A DNA stretch of 64,000 nucleotides from the human T2T-CHM13v2.0 reference genome, Homo sapiens. Shown here piece by piece: positions 1 to 14,661 of the stretch. Made by a program: the position numbers and the translations under genes. The number at the start of each line of letters is the position of its first letter. Positions within the stretch are counted from its first letter, which is position 1. Under the pieces are notes generated by a model. It ran no database searches and had not been told where the DNA came from. It was given only the letters and a program-made list of their open reading frames with translations. The stretch lies in the NCBI RefSeq assembly GCF_009914755.1, contig NC_060947.1. One strand, written 5' to 3'.

Positions 1-1084
1 AGCCCAACATTCTAGGCCACCCAGGCCAGAGTGAGCCAAGGTGACGTGTCTGTTGTGTGGCTCCAGAATTGAAAGCCTGAGATTTGACGTCTGCATCTTC
101 ACAGTCGACCTGTTAGAAGGGCCCCCCGTACACACACACTCCGCCCCAGGGAAAGCAAAAGCCACCGCACACAAATCTTTCAGAGGTGGCACCAGCAGGA
201 AGGAGAGTGTTGTGCCTCATGGCAAAAGGAACATTTAACCGTTCAGAGAAGAGTCTGTTCAAACTCCAATTTTGGAGCAGAATGAATACAAGTTGAGAAA
301 ACGGAGTGGTTCTAGGTGAAGTGGACTCCTGAACGACTTTTCTAAAAAGATGTTGTGCTGAAGAGTATACTCAGTGTGGTCAGAAATGTCAGGAGAGTGC
401 TTTCAATGGGTCCAGCTGCCACTTGTTTAAACAAGCCTGACTCCCCCCCTACCCCGCCCTTCCAGCTGGGGAGAATTTGCTCTGCAAGAAAAACAGATCT
501 GCGCTGCCTCCAGCAGAGGCTGAATCCTAATCATCCTAGCTTACTATTACAGCAAAGCAACTTCCCATATCCTATCTCATCAGCTTTTAGGTTTAGGGTA
601 GGCACTGTTAACTCCCTTTGACCAGAAACTGAGGCACAAGGACTCCCAGGTAATTACTGTCTCACATATAATGCTTCTGAACGTCACCCAGGTGACAGAG
701 GTTTGTCACCAAAGGTGCTGTAAGGGAAAAAACGTCAAGCAACAATTCATTCCACACCGAGAGAAACTCTTGCCAATCCAAAGTACGCTTCTTAAGGCTG
801 GATTCTCAGGCACATTTATTATAGTGAGTTTAGAGACCTAGAGTCCCACTCCAGCAAAGGTGCCCCCTAACCCGTGAATGCTGTGCATTATGGGATAAAA
901 TATACGTCACAGGGTGGTGGCTCACACTCCACCGTCAGTGTTTTGGGGACGAGAATTGAAGTGTGCAAAAGAACACTGGGTATTTCTAAGTAGAGGCAAC
1001 ACACACACACGTAAGACACCGATTTCCACTCCTGGCTGCAAAATGGAATCGCCTGGGAAGCATGACACTTCTAAGGCCTCGGGT

Positions 1085-1175
1085 GCTTATGTCATTGGTC
1101 TGGGGTCCGATCTGGGCACCCAGAGTTTTAAAAGCTCCCCAGGTGATTCTAATATGTAGCCTGCGTTGGGACCCA
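1085..1175. mobile_element. MER5-like (hAT-Charlie) DNA transposon fragment
   Basis: Motif tttaaaagctccccaggtgattctaat typical of MER5A. Confidence 0.5.
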
Positions 1176-1409
1176 CGGCCGTAAGAGACCTTCCAGGAAT
1201 GAGAAAGCAAAAGTTGGATAACTTGGGAGAAGGGGGGCTTGGTAGGGTCTGGGTTACAGGCTGTTTCTTGGGTTATCTGATGTTTAAGATGCCTGAAGAA
1301 TCAAAGAGTCTAAATGCCCGTGGCCTCTATTTTCTTATCTGTAAAAGGGCACAATGTTAAAGACTCTACCCTCCCCCAAAGGCAGGACGGTCCTGTTGGA
1401 CGGATCAGG

Positions 1410-1720
1410 GGGTGAGAGGATAGGAGGGGGGCTAAGGGGAGGGGGATGAGAGGAAGGGGACTAGGGGAAGGGGAGGTGGACTAAGGGGAGGGAGACTAAG
1501 GGGAGAGGGGACTAAGGGGAGGGGGGCCTGCGGGAGGGGGGACTGGGGGAGGGGGATAAGGGGAGGGGGATAAGGGGAGGGGGACTAGAGACGAGGGGGA
1601 CTGGGGGAGGGGAGGGGGACTAGGGGGAGGGGAGGGGGACGAGGGGGAGGGGAGGGGGACGAGGGGGAGGGGAGGGGGACGAGGGGGAGGGGGACGGGGG
1701 AGAAGGGCGAGGGGGCGGGG
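1410..1720 (+). repeat. G-rich tandem repeat (about 20-bp unit GAGGGGGAGGGGAGGGGGAC), G-quadruplex-prone
   Basis: Near-perfect 20-mers at about 1601-1690 with degenerate GGGGA/CTAAGGGG copies on either side. Confidence 0.9.
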
Positions 1721-2530
1721 CGGGTGCCCTGGCTCGTGTGAGGGTAGGTGAACTGGGACTGAGGTGGGGACGAAGCCGCTCTCACCTGCGTCGTAGAAGG
1801 CGTCGAGCACGGCCGTCTCCCCGAAGTCCAGCTCCCCGAAGGGCACGGAGGTGAGGTGAGCGCCCTCGGCCTCGCAGGCCCGCAGCAGGCACTGCCGCGC
1901 CCCAGCCTCCGGGCCGCCGGCCGCGCCGCCCTGGGAGCTCTCACTGCGCACGTATACTGCCCGCAGAGCCCGCCGCGGCCCGCCCCCACTCTCGCCCTCG
2001 CCGCTGCCGCCTGCCGCGCCCTCCGCCGCCCCGTCGGGCTCCGCCGGCCCGGCCGCGCCCTCCACCCCCGGCGGCGGCGGGCACTGAGGGGACTCGCTCG
2101 CCGCCCCGAGGGCCCCGGCCGGAGCATTCCCACCGCCGCTCTCCATGTGCCCGCCTGCGCGCCCTTCCCCTGGGCGAGTGGCCAGCGGCTGCGATCCGCT
2201 AGGAGGCACAAGTTACAGCAGCCGCGCAGGCGGTCCCGGCACCTGCTCCTGAAGCGCGGGACGCTACGGGAATCGAGGGAACGGAGCGCACCGGGGACCC
2301 CGCGGCGGGCCGAAGACGGCAGTACCCCTAGGCTGCAGCCTGACGCTCAGGCCCCAAGGCCCCCAGCGCCCTTTGAAGGCCGGAGAGAAAGAGGCGGGGG
2401 CTGGGGACGTCAGGGCGAGCGAGGGGCGGGGAGGGGGCCGGGGAGGGCGGCGGGGCAGGAGCGGGGAGGGTGCCCCCTGCTGCCCCCTCCAGGCAGCGCC
2501 CGCCCGCAGCCGGGAGACGCCGAACACGGG
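1720..2530. promoter_or_regulatory. CpG island / MAP3K15 promoter and 5' UTR with GC boxes
   Basis: Very high GC and CpG density. GC-box-like GGCGGG motifs at about 2391-2430 and a CRE half-site ACGTCA at 2407-2412, upstream of the ATG on the minus strand. Confidence 0.9.
1786..2146 (-). CDS. MAP3K15: MAP3K15 (ASK3) first coding exon, 361 nt (120 codons + 1), MESGGGNAPAGALG...ELDFGETAVLDAFYDA
   Basis: ATG at 2146-2144. Peptide contains the ASK-family N-terminal motif (LRAVYV...CEAEGAHL.SVPFGELDFGETAVLDAFYDA). Exon ends GCAG|gtgag (donor 1785-1781). Lies in a CpG island. The rest of the gene is left of the window. Confidence 0.96.
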
Positions 2531-3031
2531 AACAGGAATTGGGGTTGTTTTTTTTTTTGTTTTGTTTTTTGTTTTTTGTTTTGGCCATCCCTCTAGCCTG
2601 ACCACCATTAGGAGCTCCAATTTCTTTTTTCTCAAAACAACTTGAAGCATTCGAGCAGGGTAAAAACTCTTTCAAAGCATCGGTTGGATGGAAATGTTCT
2701 ATTCCCAACTCAATACAGACGTATTAATAGTTTTCACCCGGCATTGGGATGAACGGATGCTTCATCCCTGGTTGCCAAGCGCACGGCCCCCCGTGAGCCC
2801 TGTGCCGGAGGCGAGCTCGTCCTGGCTTTCGCCGTGACCTTGACAAGGCACAGGGAGGCACCAGCAACAAATTTTGTCTGGAAGATAGACTCCAAGTACG
2901 CTGCCTGCCTGACCTTTGAAAATGCCGTGAACTCAAAGGGGCCCTCACTCGGATCTTAGGCACTTCACGAATTTGGACACAAATATTAAAAGAAAATAGT
3001 GTTACCACTGAGGGTAATACCATTATTCTTA

Positions 3032-3357
3032 TTTTTTATCTTTTTTGAGACAAAGTCTGTCGCTATCGCCCAGGCTGGAGTGCAGTGGCGCGATCTCTGC
3101 TCTAGGCTCACTACAACCTCTGCTTCTCGGGGCTCAAGCGATCCTCCCACCTCAGCCTTCAGAGTAGCTGGGATTACAGGCACGCACCTCACCATGTCCG
3201 GCTAATTTTTTTTTTTTTTTTTTTTTTTTTGTATTTTTAGTAGAGACGGGGTTTCACTATGTTGGCCAGGCTGCTGTCGAATTCCCGAGTTCAAGCGACC
3301 CGCCCGCCTCAGCCTCTCCAAGTGCTAGGATTACAGGCGTGAGCCACCGCACCTGGG
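3032..3357 (-). mobile_element. Alu (J-like)
   Basis: Antisense Alu dimer with T-rich tail and long T linker. Confidence 0.9.
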
Positions 3358-3499
3358 TCATTGTTTTCTAAAAGATAGAATGCACCGGACGCTGTCACAG
3401 ACTTGGAGGTTTTTCTTTTTTCAATTGCAATATTATTTTTAAACTTTATTTTTAATTGACAAATAATTGTATATATTTATGGAATACAATCTGTTGTTT

Positions 3500-4433
3500 T
3501 TCATTTAAGTTCAGGGGTATATGTGCAGGTTTGTTACACAGGTAAACTTGTGTCATTGGGGTGTGTTGTATAGATTATTTCATCACCCAGGCATTAAGGC
3601 TAGTACCCATTAGTTATTTTTCCTGATCCTCTCCTTCCTCCCACCCTTCACCCTCTGATAGGCCACAGTGTGTGTTGTTCCCCTCCATGTGTCCATGTGT
3701 TCTCATCATTTAGCTCCCACTTATGAGTAAGAACATGGGGCATTTGGTTTTCTGTTTCTGCATTTGTTTGCTAAGAATAATGGCCTCCAGCTCCATCCAT
3801 GTTCCTGCAAAGGACATGATCTCATTCTTTTTTATGGCTGCATAGTATTCCATGGTGTGTATGTACCACATTTTCTTTATTCAATCTACCATTGATGAGC
3901 ATTTAGATTGATTTCATGTCTTGGCTATTGTGAATAGTGCTGCAATGAACATACACATGTATGTGTCAACAGAGTGAACAAACAACCTACAGAATGGGAG
4001 AAAATTTTTGCAAACTATGCATCTGACAAAGGTCTAATATCCAGCATCTATAAATAACTTAAATTTACAAGAAAACAACAAACAGCCCCATTAAAAAGTG
4101 GGCAAAGGACATGAACAGACACTCTTCAAAAGAAGACATACATGTGGCCAACAATCATATGAAAGAAAAGCCTCAACATCACTGATCATTAGAGAAATGC
4201 AAATCAAAACCACAACTAGATACCATCTCACACCAGTCAGAATGGCTATTATTAAAAAGTCAAAAAATAACAGATGGTGGCGAGGCTGTGGAGGAAAAGA
4301 AACATTTATACACTGTTAGTGGGAGTGGAAATTAGTTCAACCATTGTGGAAGACAGTGTGGCAATTCCTCAAAGACCTTATAATGGAAATAACATTCCAC
4401 CCAGCAATCCCGTTACTGGGCTTATACCCAAAG
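3500..4433 (-). mobile_element. L1PA-type 3' fragment with 5' inversion (3500-3966 antisense, 3967-4433 sense)
   Basis: Recognisable L1 3' UTR/ORF2 end in antisense, then an abrupt switch to sense ORF2 sequence (caacagagtgaac...cccaaagg). ORF 4098-4319 is an L1 ORF2 C-terminal peptide. Confidence 0.85.
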
Positions 4434-4439
4434 GTTTTC

Positions 4440-5360
4440 TCTTTTTTAATAACAGCTTTATTGAGCTATCATTCACATACCATACAATTCACCCATTTAG
4501 AGGGTACGATTCAATGAAAGTTTTTAGTATATCCACAGCGTTGTGCAGCTATGGCCATAATGAGTTATACAACATTTTCATCACCCCACGCCCCAGTGCA
4601 AAAATCAATCAGTACCCATTAGAAACCACTCTCCCTCCTTCCCAACATCCCCAGCTCTAGGTAACCATAAGTCTACCATCTCTGTAGATTTGCCTATTCT
4701 GGACATTTCATACAAATGGAATCATGCAATGTGTGGACATAGGTTTTTGAGCATATACCGGAGCAGGATTTCTGGGTCACATGCTAACTCTACAGTTTTT
4801 TTTAGAAAACGTTTTTATAGAGATGGGGTCTCACTATCTTGTTCAAGCTGGTCTCGAACTCCTGGCTCCTACCTCGGCCTCCCAAAGCACTGGGATTACA
4901 AGTGTGAGCCACCACACCAGGCTTACCTCTGTGTTTAACCTTTGGAGAAATTTCCACGGTTTTCCAAAGTGGCTGCACCGTTTTCCATTCTCACCAACCA
5001 GCAGTGTTCCAATTTCCCTGCATCTTCACCAACACTTGTTATTGTTTTTGGATTATGACCATCCTAGCAGGTGTGAAATTGTACTTCATGATGGTTTTGA
5101 TTTCTATTTCCCTGATGGATAATGACACTGGGCATCTTGTCATGTGTTAATTATTGGCCATTTGTATAACAACTTCTGAGTGATGTCTATTCAAATCCTT
5201 TGCCCATTTTTTAATTGAGTATTTGTCTTTTTATTATTGAGTTGTAAGAATCCTCTACATATTGTGGATAGAAGTTCCTTATCAGATATGTGATTTGCAA
5301 ATATCTTCTTCCATTCTGTGAGCTGTCTTTTTACTTTCTTGAGGGTGTCCTTGGCAGCAC
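4440..5360 (-). mobile_element. Old L1M (L1MB/MC-like) 3' fragment interrupted by an Alu monomer at about 4796-4923
   Basis: Starts aacagctttattgag...cataccatacaattcacccattt, followed by typical antisense L1M text. Confidence 0.75.
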
Positions 5361-6267
5361 ATCACAAGCCATTTTGACACGTGCAGGATAGGACTTATAA
5401 AACATTTCAGCTTCTTTGCATGCTTCAGTACTAATACAGTCCACCTCCCACCCCCAAAGAAAGCAGAAACTATCTGTATAAATCCATGAAGAAATCCTGC
5501 CCTCGTTCCAGCCCTGGCGGAAATCACAAGCAGCTTCCATGTGCATCCTCGTCTGTGGTCAACGAATGGAAAATGGGTTCTGAGGAAATCTGTGAGAACA
5601 CACAGACCAGGCTGGGAAGCAGGAAAGCTCAGAAAAACTCTCCACACCTTGTTCTAAGACATTTTTTGTATGATGCTATAAAAGGACACATGTATTCTTT
5701 GTAACGTTGTAATGCATAATAATAGTAATTTTCCTAATATGCCTGTTCATCTGGAATTATTCCAGGGACTGCCACAGCCTTCAGAAGGGCAAAGATGCCC
5801 ACTTAAAATCCCTTGCCAGCATCTTGCTGTTGTCCCCATCACAATCTTCCCGAATTCCTCTCAGCTCTCACTGGGGCCCTGCTGATGGAGTGAGACCCAC
5901 GGGAGCTGTGAATTCTGGCTTGAATAAGAGCTTCCTCTAAATACAAACCCTGCTGAGTAAATGCTGAGAGCGCAGCATTTACCCAGCTAACGAGCACCTT
6001 CCCTGAAGTTGGGACACACAGCCCACCTTCTCATTGTGTGTAGCAATTTGCACACCTGAAGCATGCCCTGGCCCCTTCCCCCAATGTCCTTCCTACCTCC
6101 CCCCAGCCCCACTGAGAAGAAAATTGCAAAATGCTGGATTCGTTTCTTCTGTTTAATTGAACAACTGTCTTGTTCTTACCTTTGCCTTGCCCCTTATTAA
6201 GTACATGCCCTGGAAACAACTTTGTCCTAATGTAGAGGTATCATGGAAAGTTCTTCCATATATTTAA

Positions 6268-6524
<257 letters not shown>

Positions 6525-6572
6525 CCTCTTCCATATATTTAGAGGAAATCCCTTTGTGAGTGCTACCCACTA

Positions 6573-6868
6573 TTTTTTTTTTTTTTTCAGACAGGGCCTT
6601 GCTCTGTTGCCCAGGCTGGAGTGCAGTGGTGTGATCATGGCTTACTGCAGCCTTGACCTTCTGGTCTGGGCTCAAGCAATCCTCCCGCCTCAGCCTCCCA
6701 AGTACCTGGGGTCACAGGTGTATGCCACCATACCTGGCTAATTGTTTCTGTAGAGATGGGTTCTTGCCATGTTGGCCAGGCTGGTCTCAAACTCTCGGGC
6801 TCAAGCAATCCTCCCACCTCCGCCTCCCATAGTGCCGGGATTACAGTTGTGAGGTACTGTGCCTGGCC
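6573..6868 (-). mobile_element. AluJ-like
   Basis: Antisense Alu dimer, short flanking repeat acccact. Confidence 0.9.
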
Positions 6869-7248
6869 ACACCCACTGGTTCCAATTTAATTATTCTTCC
6901 ACATGGCAACTGTCCAAGAATTCTCCTTAAGTCTTCTCTTTTGCAGGTGATACCCCACCTCCCAGGCCCTTCGATCATTTCTCCATGGCATCATTTCCAG
7001 ACTACTCTCCACCCTGATGACCCTCTCCTAGAGGATTCCATATTTGTCTCTATTGTTGTTTTGTGTATGTAAAAAACTTTTTTAATTAAAATGTTTTCTT
7101 TTGAGATAATTGTAGATTCACATGCAATTATAAGAAATAAAACAGAGACATCTAGTGTACCCTTGATCCAGTTTGTCCCAATGTTAACATCTTGTTGTAT
7201 ACTACCATAACCGAGACATTGACCTTGATACAATCAAAATACAAAAGA

Positions 7249-7615
<367 letters not shown>

Positions 7616-7664
7616 TCACCCTTTGATAGCCACACCCATCACCCTTCTCAACCCCCATCCCTAA

Positions 7665-8003
<339 letters not shown>

Positions 8004-8018
8004 TAGAAATGAAAAAAA

Positions 8019-8859
<841 letters not shown>

Positions 8860-8867
8860 CCCACTCG

Positions 8868-9170
8868 TTTTTGTTTTGTTTTGTTTTTTTTTTTTTTTTT
8901 TACAGAGTCTCACTCTGTCACCCAGGCTGGAGTACAATCTCAGTTCACTGCAACCTCCACCTCCCAGGTTCAAGTGATTCTCATGCCTCAGCCACTGTGT
9001 AGCTGGGACTACAGGCGCCCACCACCACACCCTGCTAATTTTTGTATTTTTAGTAGAGACCGGGTTTCGCCATGTTGCCAGGCTGGTCTTGAACTCCTGG
9101 CCTCAAGTGATCTGCCAGCCTCAACCTCCCAAAGTGTTGAGATTGCAGGTGTGAGCCACTGTGCCCAGCC
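8868..9170 (-). mobile_element. AluS
   Basis: Antisense Alu dimer. Confidence 0.9.
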
Positions 9171-9802
9171 ATTTTCTAGTTGGATTTTTTTTTTAACTCT
9201 TTAGTTTGTGTGTTCTTTGTGTACTCTAGATACCAATCCTTTGGTGGATATGTGGTTTGCAAATATTTTCTCCCAGTCTGTAGCTTGTCTTCTCATCCTC
9301 TTAACAAGAACTGTCACAGACAGAACAAAAGTTTTTAATCTTGATGAGGTTCAATTTATCAATTTTTTTCCATTTATGGATTGCGCTTTTGGTTCCAAAT
9401 TTAAAAACTTTTTGTGTAGCACTAGGGCCTGAAGATTTTTGCCTATGTTTTGTTCTAAAAAATTTTATAGTTTCACTTTTACATGCAAGTCCATGATCCA
9501 TTTTGGGGTAATTTTTGTATAAGATGTGAGATATAGGTTGAGGTTTACGTTTTTGCCTGTGGATGTTCAAGTGCTTCAGCACCATTTGATGAAAAGCTTG
9601 TCCTTCCTTCACTGAATTGCCTCTTTGTCAAAAATCAGTTGTGCATGTGTATGAGTCTATTTCTGGGTTCTATATTGCATTGACCTGTCTATCCCACCAC
9701 CATTAACCACACTCTCTTCATTAGTGAAGCTATATAGTAGCTCTTAATACTGGGTAGAAGGATTCCTCCTTTACTTTTTTTCCAGGATTGTTTTAGCTAT
9801 AC

Positions 9803-11302
9803 TTGCATCCAGGTTCATGAGAAATATCGATCTGTAATTTTGTTTTAATTTTTTTGGTACTGCCTTTGCCTTGTTTGGATATCAGGGTAACACTAGCCTC
9901 ATAAAATAGCTTGGAAACTATTCTGTTATCTTCTATCTTCTGGAAAAGATTGTGTAAAATTGGTGTCACTTCTTCCAATGTTTGGTAGAATTCTCCAGTG
10001 AGGTCATTGAGACTTGGAGATTTGCTTTTCAGGGTGTTTTAGTTACAAGTTCAATTTTTTCTAATGGTTATATAACTATTCAGATTGTCTATTCTATCTT
10101 GGTTGAGTTTTGGCCTATATTTTTCCATATACATTTCAGAATAGGCTTGCCTATGTCTACAAAAGAAGTTTCTAGGATTTTGATAGGAAGTATATCAAAC
10201 CCAATAGATCAGTTCAGAGAGAATAAACATCTTTATTATGTTGAATCTTCCAAATTATGAGCATTGTATGACTCTCCATTTAGATGTTATTCGATTTCTT
10301 TCATTAGAATTTTTTAATTTTCAGCATACAGATCCTATACACATTTTGTCAAATTTATACCCAAGAATTAAATTTTCTTTAGCGTGATTGTAGATGGTAT
10401 GATGTTTAATTTCAGGCTTCACATGTTCATTGTTAGTATGTGGAAATGCAACTTTTTGTGTGAATTTGTATTACACAACCTTGCTGAGCTCACTTATTAG
10501 TTCAAGAGATTTTTGTTTTCTTGAAATTTACTATGTAGACAATCATGTAATCTGCAAGGGAGAGTTTTCTCTCTCTCTCTCTTTTTTTCTTTTTTTGTTG
10601 CCTTATTACTGTGGCTAGAACTTGCAGTACTATGTTGAAAAAGAGCAGTGAGAGTGGGCATCCTTGCCTGATCTTAGGGGAAAAACATTCAGGTCTTTCA
10701 CCCTAAGGATGATGTTAGCTGTAAGTTTTTTGTAGGTGCTGTTCCCTCTGTTCCTAATTTGCTGAGAGTCTTTATTGTGCATGGGTATTGCATTTTTTTG
10801 CAAATGCTTTTTATGTATCAATTGATAGGACCATATGATTTTTTCTCTTTAGCCTGTTGATATGGTGGATTACACTGACTTTCAAACGTTGAGCCAACCT
10901 TGCATTCTTGGAATAAATCCCACTTCGTTGTGGCATGTCATTTTTGTTACGCATTGCTGAAGGTGATATGCTAATATTTTATTGAAGATATTTGCATCCA
11001 GGTTCATGAGAAATATTGATCTGTAGTTTTGTTTTCATTTTTTTTCGTATTGCCTTTGCCTTGTTTGTATATCGGGGTAATACTAGCCTCATAAAATAGC
11101 TTGGGAACTATTCTGTTGTCTTCTCTCTTCTGGAATAGACTGGGTAAAATTGGTGTCACTTCTTCAAATGTTTGGTAGAATTCTCCAGTGAAGTCATTGA
11201 GACTTGGAGATTTCTTTTTCAGGGTGTGTTAATTACAAGTTCAATTTTTTCTAATGGTTATATAACTATTCAGATTGTCCATTCTATCTTGGTTAAGTTT
11301 TG
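9803..11302 (+). repeat. Direct ~310-bp duplication (9803-10112 and 10992-11302), about 92% identical
   Basis: Manual alignment gives about 25 differences over ~310 nt. Confidence 0.92.
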
Positions 11303-11627
11303 ATAATTTGTGGTTTTCAAGGAATTGGTCCATTTGTTCTAAGATGTTGATGTCATAAAGATGCCCAAGATGTCATAAAGTTGTTCTTATTTACTATACT
11401 TTTAATGGCTGCCTTCTCTCTTTTTATCTTTTTCAGTTTTGCTATCTATCCAAGTAAATGTAAATATTCAAGTCTACTGATGAGCCCATCAATGATAGTC
11501 TTCATTTCAGTTGCTGTGTTTTTTATTTCTAGCCATTTGATTCTTATAGTTCCCATCTCTGCTGAAATTACCTATCCGATTTTGCATGATGTCTACTTAG
11601 GTTGTGAGAGACTTTAACATAGTAATC

Positions 11628-11940
<313 letters not shown>

Positions 11941-11968
11941 CCATAGTGATCATAATTATTTAAAATTC

Positions 11969-12260
<292 letters not shown>

Positions 12261-13242
12261 TCTCTCTCTGATACTTTAATAGCAATGCCATATCTAAGTC
12301 TGAATCTGATCACTTGTCTCTTCAGAATGCTTTTTCTTTTCTTTTGGCATGCCTTGTAATTTTTTGTTGAAAGGTGGACATTGTATATAGGGCAGCAGAT
12401 ACTAAGATAATAAACCTTTAGTGTGGGACTTTATGTTGATCCAGCCAGGAGTTGGGCTGTGTTGAGATTTGTTTTCCTATGAACATTACAAACTTCAGAT
12501 TCCTCTAGTGATCTTTTTTTGTCCCCCACCTCTCTTGGCTTTGGGGCTTCCCTTTGTGCTGCTCCCCAACGTCTGTCTCTTGCAGTCTTCCCTGCTATTG
12601 TTATTCCTGGAGGCTTGTTAGCATGCTGTTGGGAGATGGATTCTCTAATATTCTAAACTTCAGTCTTTGGAGTGCACAGTGGGCTTGTGTCTCGGGTGTA
12701 ACTTTCACAGTTGTTTCTGTTTCTCCTCCAGGGACAGAGCTCCCTCCCATTCCCTTCTCCCAGCTGCAGTGGGTATCTACAAGTGTTTTCAGTCTATAGA
12801 CTTGAAGCCCTTTTCTCTGAAGGTTGAATTGTTTTTAGTTGAGATGAAGAGCTAGAGTTGAGTGCAGTTCCCTCCCCTAGTTGCAATGGTAATTCACCAG
12901 GGCCCTCGGACCATGTCTTTCCCCATGCAGAATAGCCTTTTGTTCCTTAAGGGAGAAGGGTCTGAGTAGATTTCTCAGTGGTTCCTGAGCCAGCACCATG
13001 AGTTTTCTCTGGATTTCCCCTGATCTTCCCTGTGAGAACCAGGTGGGGTTCCTGGAGGAAAAGCCTGCAGAAGGATGACAGTCTTTCTTAGGAGCTGCAC
13101 ACTCTCAAGCTAGCCCACAGTTGGCTTCCAGAAATTGGTCAAATTTTCTAGCCTGACCTTTCTACCTAGTTCTATGGCATCTGGTGGTTTCTGCCCTTGG
13201 TAACCAAATGCTCAGATCCTGTGTCTTGCAGGAAGTGCCTAG

Positions 13243-13245
<3 letters not shown>

Positions 13246-13275
<30 letters not shown>

Positions 13276-13550
13276 GAGACAGGGTCATGCTCTGTCACCC
13301 AGGCTGAAATGCAGTGGTGTGATCACGGCTCACTGCAGCCTCAAGGCTCAAGTGATCCTCCTGCATCAGTCTCTCAAGTAGCTGGGACCACAGGCAGGCG
13401 ACACTACACCTGGCTATTTTTTGTCCCTTTTGTAGAGACGGGGCCTTGACATGTTGCCTAGGCTGATCTTGAACTCATGGGCTGAAGCAATCCTCCCGCC
13501 TCGGCCTCCCAAACTGCTGGGATTACAGGTGTGAGCCACCACACCTGGCC
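13246..13550 (-). mobile_element. AluJ-like
   Basis: Antisense Alu with long T tail. Confidence 0.9.
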
Positions 13551-13869
13551 CAGATTTTCAAATGGCCATTTGCTCTTTGAACTTAGTTCTCTATTAATTT
13601 CCAGTCTGTCCAGACTTTTTCTTGTTGTTAGCACAGGAAGGGATTTCATGCAGCTCTTCCATATCTCTGAGCTGAAACTGGAAGTCCTATCTATTCAACC
13701 ATATTTGATCTAAAAAAAATGTTAGTTTCACATGTTTCAACCAAATAGACTACGGCATTATTTCTGAGTAGTGCACCTTGTTTTGCTTCAGCCAAGGACA
13801 ACTAGAGATTTCTGGAAAAGATTGCTGTCAGCTACTCTACACACAACTCACTGGGAATGAGTTGATCCC

Positions 13870-14070
13870 CCCATGATGGTGGTCTTCAAACTTATGCGTG
13901 CATCAGAATTACTGAGAGGACTTGTTAAAACACAGATTGTTGGGTTGCTTTCCAGAATTTCTGATTCAGGAAGTCTGGGACAGGGCGCAAGAATTTTCAT
14001 TTCTACCAGGTTCCCCAGTGGTGATACTAATGCTGTTCTTTTGGGGATCACATTCTAAGAACCACTGCTC
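13870..14070. mobile_element. MER5A-like DNA transposon
   Basis: catcagaattac...cttgttaaaacacagatt...tttctgattcag...ctaagaaccactgctct. Confidence 0.7.
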
Positions 14071-14129
14071 TATGGCTCTTCCTAGAAGCTCAGCGCTTAT
14101 CTACCTTTCCCACTTACTCATCACTTTGA

Positions 14130-14661
<532 letters not shown>

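Noticed and set aside
1496-1785. Pro-rich C-terminal part of the 237-aa minus ORF
   Set aside because: It runs past a canonical GCAG|gtgag donor into the C-rich tandem repeat; intronic low-complexity read-through, not ASK3 sequence.
1585-2708. Overlapping 90-246 aa ORFs across the CpG island
   Set aside because: Stop-poor GC-rich shadow frames with Arg/Gly/Pro/Ala bias, mostly non-ATG starts and no recognisable domain.
11341-11380. Short repeat gatgtcataaag occurring twice
   Set aside because: Trivial slippage duplication within a decayed L1.
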